Of a stretch of DNA of 64,000 nucleotides, positions 41,901-52,600 are shown piece after piece. Location of the stretch: contig JAGLON010000023.1 in NCBI GenBank assembly GCA_023138975.1, positions 6,131-70,130 of the forward strand. The letters run 5' to 3'. The notes beneath the pieces were generated by a model, which saw only the letters and a list, made by a program, of their open reading frames with translations, did not search any database and was not told where the DNA came from. The position numbers and the translations under genes were made by a program. Within the stretch, counting starts at the first letter, position 1. Every line of letters starts with the position of its first letter. This stretch comes from Candidatus Zixiibacteriota bacterium. Lineage in GTDB: Bacteria > Zixibacteria > MSB-5A5 > GN15 > JAAZOE01.

Positions 41901-42339
41901 CATGGATATGCCGGAAGAGGGAACAGTCTTTCGTCTGGTTACGGCAAATCCGAACTCACCGGGCGATACCTTCTCCTTTAACGCTCCGGCCCCGGTTCAG
42001 GTAGCTAAGACAGAAGACGTGCTTGAGAAAATTAAAGCAGTTCCGAACCCGTTCTACCTGTATGACAATTATGATCTGTCACCAGGCAGTAAAAGACTGG
42101 CTTTCCATCATTTGCCAGAAGTTTGCACCATTAATATTTATAACCTTGGCGGTGACTTAGTCAAGTCTATTGCAAAAGAGGATGATGGCTCTGCTATCGC
42201 TTATTGGAATCTGCTTACTGACAGAAATCTTCCAGTCGCTTCCGGTATCTACATTTATGTCGTAGATGCTCCGGGATTCGGCACGAAGATCGGGAAAGTG
42301 GCTATCTTTACTGAAGCGGAAGTTCTGAAGATATTCTAA
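38992..42339 (+). CDS. Large secreted protein with VPNPF-type C-terminal sorting-like domain, encoded between the TBDR and PorV-like genes
   Basis: Signal peptide; IKAVPNPF..INIYNLGGDLV..WNL....LPVASGIYIYVV..KIGK tail; N-domain similar to that of 2810-5686. Confidence 0.8.
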   Translation: MKIKLLVCLLIFLFVMPLTAAPPKGKSSNMALKIDNTTWIDANKILMFVTNHGNFGRDLSDYFGNDYGTFYPYAGDPDPISNSEALAVRSPLYAAGLWCGAIDSASQSIRVIVAEYNDEYVPGPMVGGSFVTDSAHFRTYKLTKSTLPTDQEYIDYMTYAVNYGAPTKDVGGTLVPDIVGDQMLWAVYNDADPTHHINNSGETLPMGLEIQQTTFAFNREDPLGHIVFLKWQVYNKGGNTLQNCYFSIWSDPDLGGAGDDLVGVDTILSLGYTYNANNNDQFYGSTPPCIGFDFFQGPLEFTGDDADTARFFGSRMPQYRNLPAASFNKYINGTDPDDAQETYNYMRGRKKDGEPYVYNGDTLLFQTSGDPVTGSGDLDIAPNDRRMMISTGPITFRPGDSTEILAAIIVGMGGDRKSSIQVMKYYDRFAQSAYDVDFEVAQPPEQPIVTIGELDGEIALMWTDTSEVVSGDYPFQGYSIFQGVASSGPWTLIGNYDVIDGTAQILDEVLDPLTGALEIRATKLGIDNGLKRYFVVDEDYLIGGPLRNITEYYFRVEAYSYNPVETPLTLTSANQSPIVVHPQEEMADEEYQGDPGDMFNEAAGTVTHAGTSGGRVWVEVIDPSIFTGHDYRVVFQDSLAFMVDTTYDPEYPGDIAHASIDSVNIIWHLDDATTGQRLIANQYNQSGDNDYFTAADDGTQLGFIVRVAGPSPGFISFQVVANNAGVIDPPEAGAAEWRHFPVPTDPSDGSNLRPTAAQQSTGGGLWLFHTGDNTSATETGTRPTYENFLARVHRDDPARIAQIGAYEFEMRFTGSPASPGVNGSWAWEWATDGSAYWVPFEVWRIGSGTEDDPSDDVRMYPYIYGDGADAAYNMSAWGPTEDGTCGPGGCEHSVSGGSNDPYMDWIYWKLPGDVTPGEAGYLAYEADMTSDPENHVDDASSVMGRTVLVNWNGHTGAEEGDTLTNPPVFNMDMPEEGTVFRLVTANPNSPGDTFSFNAPAPVQVAKTEDVLEKIKAVPNPFYLYDNYDLSPGSKRLAFHHLPEVCTINIYNLGGDLVKSIAKEDDGSAIAYWNLLTDRNLPVASGIYIYVVDAPGFGTKIGKVAIFTEAEVLKIF

Positions 42340-42359
42340 ACAAGGAGGATGATATAAAA

Positions 42360-43352
42360 ATGAAATACAAAATTGTAGTATTAATTATGGTTCTCCTTGT
42401 TGTAAGCCTGAATCTGGCTTACGCGGGGAACGACCGACGCATAGGTACAGCGGGAGCTCAGGAACTCCGCATACCAATTGGCGCACGCAGTACTGCTATG
42501 GGTGGTGCGGTAATAGCTGATGTATCCGGTGTCGAAGCCGTTTATTGGAACCCTGCCGGTTTGGCATCGCTAAACGGTACGGAAGCAATGTTTTCACACC
42601 AGCCCTACTTTGCGGCTATTGATGTAAACTTCGTCGGCGTCGCGACTCGTATCGAAGATTTTGGTACTATCGCCGTCTCGGCAAAAATCGTCAATATCGG
42701 AGATATGGAAGAGACTACTGTCCTGCAGCCGGATGGCACGGGCCGTGTCTTTTCTCCCACCTTTTCAGTACTTACTCTATCATACGCTCGTATTTTAACC
42801 GCGAACGTTTCACTTGGCCTAAATGCTATGTTTATCAATGAACAGATATTCGAAGCTTCAGCCAGTGGAATGGCGTTTGATGTAGGTATTCTTTACGATC
42901 CCAACTGGAACGGACTTACTATGGGTATGGTCATCAAAAACTACGGACCGGAAATGGAATTCTCCGGCCGCGGTTTTGACCGTTCTGATGGCAGCCGTCC
43001 AGTCAGCGGTACCTCCGCATCATTTGACTTGCCCAGCTCTCTTAATATGGGTATCTCCTATCGTTTCCTCGATCAGGATAAAAACATGGCGAGTTTCAGC
43101 GGTAACTACCGCTCCAATAACTACTCGCTTGACTTGTGGCAGTTCGGCGGAGAATATGTCTATGACGACGTTTTCTCACTCCGCGGCGGCTACAACTATT
43201 CGACCCAGGAAGATTACATGTACGGTCTGACTCTCGGCGGCGGATTGAAGTATGGCTTCGGTTCTTCGACCTTGAGCATCGAGTACACCTGGATGGAAAC
43301 CGATGATGTGTTTGACGCTAACCAGTTCTTCACGGTTAAGGCTATGTTCTAA
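42360..43352 (+). CDS. PorV/PorQ (UPF0164/FadL-like) family outer-membrane beta-barrel
   Basis: GTAGAQELRIPIGARSTAMG, AVYWNPAGLA, FDVG, NYG, LPS, EY..LRGGY, terminal Phe. Confidence 0.88.
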   Translation: MKYKIVVLIMVLLVVSLNLAYAGNDRRIGTAGAQELRIPIGARSTAMGGAVIADVSGVEAVYWNPAGLASLNGTEAMFSHQPYFAAIDVNFVGVATRIEDFGTIAVSAKIVNIGDMEETTVLQPDGTGRVFSPTFSVLTLSYARILTANVSLGLNAMFINEQIFEASASGMAFDVGILYDPNWNGLTMGMVIKNYGPEMEFSGRGFDRSDGSRPVSGTSASFDLPSSLNMGISYRFLDQDKNMASFSGNYRSNNYSLDLWQFGGEYVYDDVFSLRGGYNYSTQEDYMYGLTLGGGLKYGFGSSTLSIEYTWMETDDVFDANQFFTVKAMF

Positions 43353-43371
43353 GACCTTACCCGATTAGATT

Positions 43372-43407
43372 AAACGCCGGATATCATTTGATATCCGGCG
43401 TTTTTTT
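43372..43407 (+). terminator. Intrinsic terminator of the TBDR-PorV operon
   Basis: AAACGCCGGATATC-attt-GATATCCGGCGTTT followed by TTTT. Confidence 0.9.
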
Positions 43408-43483
43408 ACCCAAGATGAGAGACTAATAACATACTGCCTTATAATCTAAAACTGTCTCATTGTTATCTTTGATAAAGAACACG

Positions 43484-43518
43484 AAAAAACCCGGAAGTCC
43501 CCAATTAAGACTTCCGGG
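43484..43518 (-). terminator. Intrinsic terminator about 155 nt downstream of the giant gene
   Basis: Minus strand: CCCGGAAGTC-ttaattggg-GACTTCCGGG-TTTTTT. Confidence 0.85.
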
Positions 43519-43673
43519 TATTTCTCTCTCCCAAAGAACTAAACAAAGTTCCTCAGGTATCCCCCATATTCCCCCTCGATCCGAACTCTTAAAACCACCT
43601 CTTACTTCCGGGTCCTCCTCACCAGAAATTTCTCACTATCTGCTCTGTGGCAACAGAGTATATTTTCCCCCCT

Positions 43674-46600
43674 CTATTTTAGCAGAATCATCTTCTTAGA
43701 TTGAGTATTGGCACCGGCTTTCAACTGGTAAAGGTAAACACCGGTCGCATATTGCTCAGCCTTCCAAACTATATCATAGCTGCCGGCTTCGTTCGTACCC
43801 GACCATGTCTCCACAACCTGTCCGAGGATATTATAAACGGTCAAACTCCAGTCCGATGCTTCCGGTAATGAGAATTGTATTGTCGTCACCGGATTGAACG
43901 GATTCGGATAGTTTTGGCTTAGCTCAAATACTCTCGGTATATTTTCTATCGTAGTCGATAACGGTCGGCCGAAGTAATCAGCCGCTTCCACCCGCACCAA
44001 CTCGGCCTTCCCGGAAACTGGAATCGATAGCAAACGTCCCTGGCCCGGTAAAATTGAGTTGGCTCCGATGTTGTAAATCAGAACTCTCAATTGCCCATCC
44101 TCTGCATTATAGACGACATCCATTGTGTTGGTTGTCTCGCTCAAAATCGGAGCACCGGATTCGGCATTAACGTTGAAGATAAGAGCCATAGCTCCGATGT
44201 TGGCATTTGAGCTATAATCGACCGTAATTGATTTATTATCAGTATATACCTCAAGCGATACTTTCGCCCCCGGTAATGGTTTGGCCAGCGGTGCCGCATC
44301 ACCAATGATTACCCTGATTAAATAGACCAAATCCGCGACCGATAGCGCTGTGCCGTCTCCGTTAACATCAGAGGCCGCGATAGAACCCTCTACATGCTCC
44401 CCAAAGGCGCTCAATCCCGAGATAAAGAAGTTCGTAAACATTACAGCATCCGAGACTTCATTGGCTATACCGTTGAGGTTAACATCTCCCCGTGCATCGA
44501 TTGAGTCAGGATGAATTATAACTATTCCTCCATTAGTGAAATCAACACACCTTTCCGGTCTGGTTTTAGCTGATTCATCAGGATCAAGACAATAATCCGG
44601 CACGCCGTATCCTCCAGGGAACCCGTAGGAATAATTGGTAATGTTATTCCACTCAATATCATAAACCACTCGCGATACCCAAAGAGTATCTCCCAAGATG
44701 CTTGAGAATGAATTATCAGCGCAATCAAACCAGAAGAATTCCACCGGCGCGAATTGACCGCCGTGCGTGTAATTGTTCGGGACATAAAACGTGACACTTG
44801 CGATTGTACCAATTTGACCCTGCCAAGTACAGCTTGGATGATAAGCGCCGTTATTTGTCTCGGCTAATCCAACTAAGCGTAGAATACCGGTGGGACAATT
44901 CTCACAATTACCACTTTCGCCAAAGCGATATGTAAAGTATTCCCAATCACAATTCTCGAACAGTTGGCCGGCTTCAGCTCCTGAGGCAATAATGACAGAG
45001 GGGTCATAAGCTATCAGTATATCAAATCCACCGAGGTCTTTGCCGGAGCCGTTCAGCGTGATATTCAAATCACGATAGTGCCCCTGATAAACATTTGGCG
45101 CATACTCAATTTGTACGAATAAACACTCGTCAATCTCGACTCCCACTATAATTGTATCAACCGTTTCGGCCCCACATGAATCTACCGCTGAAACAACAAT
45201 TGTATATACGCCGGTTGTGTCGGTATCAAAACAGATTTGACCGGTCGTCTCATTGTAGGCTCCAATCGGAGAAACTGAATACGATTCAAGATTACCGTTT
45301 TCATCCTCAATATCTGCTTCAAAGCAAATCTCTCCCATACCCAAAACCAAGGCCTGGAAATCGGACGGCAGAGTTATCGCCGGCGGGTCATTAAATTCAA
45401 CTGTTAACCATGATGTATCCGTGTCTATAAGACCGCATGAATCGGTTGCCTCAAGAATAAACGCGTATGAGCGCTCAATTCCAGTCGCGACATAGAAACA
45501 GATTTCTCCGGTTCCTGCATCATAAGTACCATCGTCAGAGACTAACTCACAATTCGACAGGTTTCCGTCGGGGTCACTACAGGATGCCGCCCAGCAGTAA
45601 GTCTCACCGGGTGAGCAGAAGAAATGCTGCATATCATCGCCGGCATGGGCAATCGGCGCGCGGTTAATTTCAAAGTTGACAATGAACGTTCCCTCACAGA
45701 ACGCCCCGCATTCGTCATGAGCCTGAACAACTATTGTATCGGACTCGTTACCGCTCGGCGTATGAGTCCAGTTTCCGGAAACAATTGCCCCCGGTCCGCT
45801 CACTAAAGTCCAGTGATCAAAGTTATTATCAGGATCAGTAACTCCCAATGGTAATGAGGCTTCAGTAAGTCCGCATTGGAACAGTGTTGTATCCGATGGG
45901 AGACTGCAGACTGGAGGAAGATTAATCGTCAACGACACTATCATGGTATCATCCCCGGTCAATCCGCATTCGTCCTCGGCTCGAATTACTATTTCGTATA
46001 TTCCGGCAGTGTCCACATTGACGCATACCTGATTGCCAACCATCTGAGCATCTCCGCTGTAGATATAGCATGTATCCAAATTATTATCCGGATCAGTACA
46101 GGTCACCGGGAAGCAATAATCTTCTTTCCCGCATTGGAAGAAGAAATGATCATCACCTGCATTTGCAATCGGAGCCGAGTTAAAGACAACTTCAATTTCA
46201 ATAGTATCGACTCCACCGGCCAGATAGTCTCCGCATTCGTCTTTAACTCCAACAATAAACTGCCAAGTACCGGCCATTGTCGGAGTAAAACAGAGACGAT
46301 TATTAAGAGTGTCCAGAGTTCCGCCACCCTGAAGTATCTCTTCCATTACGATATTGTCATCAGGATCATCAACTGAGTAGTCAAAGCAAAATTCCTCAGG
46401 ACCGCACATGAATACAGTTGTATCAAAGGGAAGAGTCAAGACCGGTGAAGTATTGATGATAACATTATATTGCAGTGAAACGGTATCGGCGTTACCACAG
46501 GTATCGGCGACCAGCGCGCTGACCGTGTAACTGCCGTTTGCAGTAGCCGAGAAACACCATAGCCCTGAGGCGTCAACTGTTCCCGCACCCGATAACCTGC

Positions 46601-49600
46601 TCCATGTCAAAGCGCCGCCCTCGGAATCGATTGCGCTAAACTGATAACATATATCGTCCGTCGCGCATATAAAGGTATCGACCGGACTCGGCGGATCAGT
46701 CGCTACGGGAATATCGTTTACTGTTGCATAAACGCGGAAAATACAACTATCAGAACCGCAGGCCGATAACGCGGCAACGGTTATATCATACACGCCCGAA
46801 GTGTCAGCATTGAAGCAAACATTTCCAGCATCATAGGTACCAATCGGAGATACAGTTACAAGCGTATCAATCGTTATGTCAACCGGACGGCAGATCTGAC
46901 CCGGCTCACAAAGGAACATCACCGTATCAACCGGACAGCTAACGTCTAATGAGACACCAAACTGTACATCAATATTTATGATATCCTGACTAAATCCTCC
47001 GCACTCGTCAGTCGCCCGAACTATAAACTGGTATATTTCCGAAGCCGTCGGAGTAAAGCAAATTTCATTGGTGACCGTATCTATCGTACCGGTACCACCC
47101 ATAAGTTCCTCGACTGCCACATTGTTATCCGCATCGGAAACAACATAATTGAAGCAGTACGATTGACCATCACAAAGGAAGAGGCTGGTATCATTAGGCA
47201 CCGTAACAATCGGATCAGAATTAAGGGAAATGTTGTAAGTCATGGATACTGTATCCGACGCACCGCATAAATCGGAAACAGCGGTTGTCATTGTCCATAT
47301 ATTTGTACCGCTGGCCGTGAAACACCAGTTTCCGTCAGGCGTTATTGATCCATCTCCGGAAATCTTGGACCAGGTCAACGCCCCACCATCAACGTCATTG
47401 GCGCTGAACTGGTAACAGATACTGGCCGCGGCGCATATAAACGTATCAACCGGCGTAGTCGGCATTACCGCTACCGGTGGACTGTTCAATACCACATCAA
47501 CCGCAAAGCTGCAGTCGGTGCCGCCACATACCGAAGCGGCACTAACATTTATTACATAATGCCCGCTGGTATCCGGTGTAAAGCACACCTGACCTGCGCT
47601 ATAAGAACCAATCGGAGTCACAGTTACCAAGGTATCCAACGATATTGTCACCGGTCGGCAAATTTGCGTCGGCGTACATTGGAACACTGTTGTATCAGCC
47701 GGACAGGTAATGCTCAAGGGTAAACCGAAATCTACGGTGATATCAGCCGTATCAGTGTATTGTGCTCCACAAGCGTCAATGGCCTGTACTATAAACTGAT
47801 ATACTCCGGAAGCGGCCGGAGTGAAACAAACGGTGTTGGTATTGATATCTATCGTACCGGTTGCGCTCAAAAGCTGCTCGGTAACGATATTATTGTCGCT
47901 GTCAGTTGCCGTATAGTTGAAGCAATATTGAGAACCTTCACAAATAAAGATAGCAGTGTCATTCGGCAATGCCACCATCGGACCCGAGTTGATATCAACA
48001 TTATATGTTAGTGAGACAGTATCCGCTGCCGTACAGCTATCAGTTACAACCGCGCTTATTGACCAACTACCGTCTCCGGTAACGTCAAAACACCAGTTCC
48101 CCCCGGAGGTTATCGCCCCGTCTCCTGATAATTTGGTCCATATCAGAGTTCCGCCATTCGCGTCGGACGCGCCGAATTGATAGCAAATTTGATCAGAAGA
48201 ACAAATAAAGGTATCAATCGGAGAAGTAGGAATCACCGCTACCGGTGTGGAGTTTATGACAATATCAGCGATAATGTCACAGGTATCAGCTCCGCAATCG
48301 GTAGTCGCGATGATATTAATTTCATAATGCCCTGACGTATCAGCATCAAAGCAAATATTTCCGGCAGTATAGGTTCCTATCGGTGTAATGGTAAACACCG
48401 CTTCGGGTGTCACGACCGATATCGGAACACAAATGTCTCCAGCTTCACAGATAAACAGACTCTGGGACGCTGGACAGGCAATTTCGGCTGCCTGACCGAT
48501 ATCTACATTATAGACTATTTCACAAGTATCAGATCCGCAGGAAGCATCAGCAATGATTTCGACTATATAAATACCCGATGTATCAGGTGAGAAGCAGTGC
48601 TGTCCTCCGGAGTATGTGCCCAGTGATACCGAAACTGAAGCGGAAGCAGGAGTTATATCAAGCATGCGACAAACTTCGACCGTATCACACAACGATACCG
48701 GTATCGGATCAACCGGACAATCTATTGAAGCAAACTCGCCGAAAGTAACCGAGACCACGACAGTATCTTCGTCAGTAGCTCCACAGCCATCTGTGACACC
48801 TATGATAAACTCATAAACACCACTGGCTGTCGGAGTAAAGCAAACAACATCATTATCGGTATCAATCGTTCCATAACCTGATATCAATGTCTCAATCAAA
48901 CCCGGGGGTTCTTTTAGGCCATCAGCATCAAAAACAGTATATGAAACGCATATCTCCTGAGAGACACACAGGAACAAACTCGTATCGGCCTGAGCAGTCA
49001 TCACCGGAGCCGAATTTATCGTGACATCAATATTGACGGTGTCATAATCTTCGACACCGCATGCATCAGTTGCCTTTAGAATAAACTCATAAGAGGCTGT
49101 AGAGGATCCCGGTGTGAAACATATCTGAGAACCGTTATAACTGCCGGGACCGGAGATTAAATCACAACTCGTCAGGTTTCCATCAACATCACTGCATCCT
49201 GCCGACCAGCATATCTCTGCCGGAACACACTGGAATATGTCATTGTCCGTGCCAGCGTCAGCCACAGGAGCGGTATTAAGCGTAACGTTAAATGTCACCG
49301 TACAGGTATCAGAACCGCATGACTCGTCGGCGATAACTTCTATATTGTAGGTGCCCGCACTTGAGGCCAGGAAGCGAATCGCACCGTCGGCGTAAATACC
49401 TTCGGATACGGAGACTGTTGCCGTTAACGGAGTTATGGTCAGTGGCTGAATTATCGAATCGGTCACACACAGGAATTCATCAAAGGCTGAGGTCGGACAA
49501 TCAATCGAAGCAAACTCGCCCATAGTAACCGAGACCACGACGGTATCTTCGTCGGTAGCTCCACAACCGTCAGTTACACCGATGATAAATTCATAGTCGC

Positions 49601-52600
49601 CACTGGCAGTCGGAGTAAAACAAACAATATCATTATCGGTATCAATCGTTCCATAACCTGATATCAGCGCCTCTATTAACCCCGGAGGTTCTTTTAATCC
49701 ATCAGCGTCAAAAACAGTATATGAAACGCATATCTCCTGAGAGGCGCACAGGAACAAACTAGTATCGGACTGAGCGGTCATCACCGGAGCCGAATTTATC
49801 GTGACATCAATACTGACGGTGTCATAATCTTCGACACCGCAAGCATCAGTTGCCTTGAGAATAAACTCATAGGATGCCGTCGCTGCACCCGGTGTGAAAC
49901 ATATCTGAGAACCGTTATAACTGCCCGGACCGGAGATTAAATCACAACTGGTCAGGTTTCCATCAACATCACTACAACCGGCCGCCCAGCATATCTCTGC
50001 CGGAACACATTGGAAAATAGCATTATCAACACCAGCGTCGGCCATAGGAGCGGTGTTAAGTGTAACATTAAACGTCACCGTACAGGTATCAGAACCGCAC
50101 GACTCATCAGCTATAACTTCTATATTATATGTTCCCGCGCTCGAAGCCAGAAATCTTACAGCACCGTCAGCGTAAATACCCTCGGATACGGAAACTGTCG
50201 CTGTTGACGGAGTAATGGTCAGTGGCTGAATTATCGAATCGGCCACACACAGGAATTCATCAAAGGCTGAGGTCGGACAATCTATTGAAGCAAACTCACC
50301 AAAAGTAACCGAGACCACGACGGTATCTTCGTCAGTAGCTCCACAGCCGTCAGTGACACCAATGATAAACTCATAGTCGCCGCTAACAGTCGGAGTAAAG
50401 CAAATTCTGTCATTGGCAGCATCAAGTGCACCGTATCCAGATATCATTGTTTCAACAAGTGTTGCTACATGGGATGCATCGGCATCGGTCGCACTATAGG
50501 AGACACAAACTTCCTGAGAGGTGCATAGGAATAAACTCGTATCAGCTTGAGCGGTCATCACTGGAGCCGAATTTATCGTGACGTCAATACTGACGGTGTC
50601 ATAATCTTCGACACCGCAAGCATCAGTTGCCTTGAGAATAAACTCATAAGAGGCGGTCGCCGAACCCGGTGTGAAACATATCTGAGAACCGTTATAACTG
50701 CCCGGACCGGAGATTAAATCACAGTTAGTTAGATTTCCATCAACATCACTACATCCTGCCGACCAGCATATCTCGGTTGGAACACACTGGAACACACTCT
50801 GATCCGCACCGGCATCGGCTACCGGAGCGCTATTGAAAGAAATCGAAACGGCTAGTGTATCAAATGCGGCCACACCGCATGAATCGGTAATACTGGCTAC
50901 GAATATGTATGTACCGACAGTATCAGGTGTAAAACAAAGTTCGGATGACAACTCATTAAGAGTCCCAAAAGCCGATAACAGCGATAGAGTAGTTGACTGT
51001 CCGGCATCACCATCGGATGACGTAAACGGCAGACAAACTTCCTCGCTGGCGCATAAGAAAATTGAACTATCTGCTCCGAGAGACAAAGCAGGTGCTTCAT
51101 TAATATCAAATGTGACGGTAAAGGAAGATTCGCAATATGCCCCACAACTATCCTGGCAACGTAAAGTAACGGTCACAGCCTGATCAGTAGTCGGGGTATA
51201 ACACCAATCTCCTCCAACTAATGAACCGGGACCGGAAATAATCTGGCAGGACTGCAGATTATTGTCAACATCAGATGCCGAATATGGAAGACAAACCTGA
51301 GTTGGAGCACATTGGAATATTGAAATATCGGAAGGTACGGTACAAATTGGCGCAACGTTAAGCGTTACCGTTATAAATGCCGTATCAGCATCGGTCGCAC
51401 TGCAATCATCGGTAGCATCCAGAATAAATCGATATACACCTGATGTATCGGGAGTAAAGCAGATATTGGTTCCGTCATAAGTACCTGTACCAGCATTGAG
51501 GACACATGACTGAAGATTTCCATCAACATCTGTGCAGGATGCCGGCCAGCATATCTCCGTAGGAGTACATTGGAAAAAAGACGCATCCGCACCAGCATCG
51601 GCCACCGGAGCGGTGTTGAGCGAATAATAAACTACTACCGTATCGAAGCCTTCCAGTCCGCAACTGTCAACCGCTCGCATAACAAACTCATAATCAAGCG
51701 TTCCGGTGGGAGTAAAGCAGATCTGTGAACCGTCATATGTACCCGGACCGGTAAGCTTTTCGACCAATTCGAGATTCCCGTCAATATCACCATAGGTCAC
51801 TGACCAGCAGATTTCAGAAGGAGTACACTGCGAAATCGTCTGATCCGCTCCGGCAGCTACTGTCGGAGCGTGATTTTCGCAAACAGGGAACGCGAAATGG
51901 CTGGTGGGCGCCGACTGCGGCAACGATACCGTTACCAAACCATCAGATGCGGTCACATAGTACTGAAGACTGTCAGTGGCGCAGGTCAATTCAGATGAAG
52001 GTATCGAATAACAGTATAAACTGTCGGTCCGATTCATTGTTACTGAAGTATAACCGACCGTATCAGAGTTCCGGTAGAATAGCTGGACCGTCAAATCTTC
52101 CTGAGGAGTATCCAGGTCAGTTATATACGCGCAAATCTCAACTTCTGTATCCCAAAGTTGACAGGTACTGTCTAAAGAAATTGTCGGAGGTGTGCGAACT
52201 ATAACCGGCGGAGCGACTTCCTGACACGAGGAAGTATCACACACGTCACTGCAGGAGCCATCAGGATTTCTCCGGCATATCTGAATCGTATGCCAATCGC
52301 CGTTCTGCACTGTATCAGGACTGTCATAGCATATCAAATAGCGGCTACAGAGACGGGTTTTAATCTCATCATAAACAAATTCAATATCATCTCCCGTGGG
52401 AGCATGATTATATGTACCTCCGGTAGCATTAGCAAGTTTTATTAGATACTGCGGATCAAAACTGCTCCCGAGACTAATGGTATAAATCGGAATACTGGCG
52501 CCGTTGGCTAAATCGCAAATCAAAGTGGAGTCATCTCCAAAATAACCATCGCTTAAACCATCCGGAGTGCCCGAACCTCCACAGTATTGACTGCGATTTT

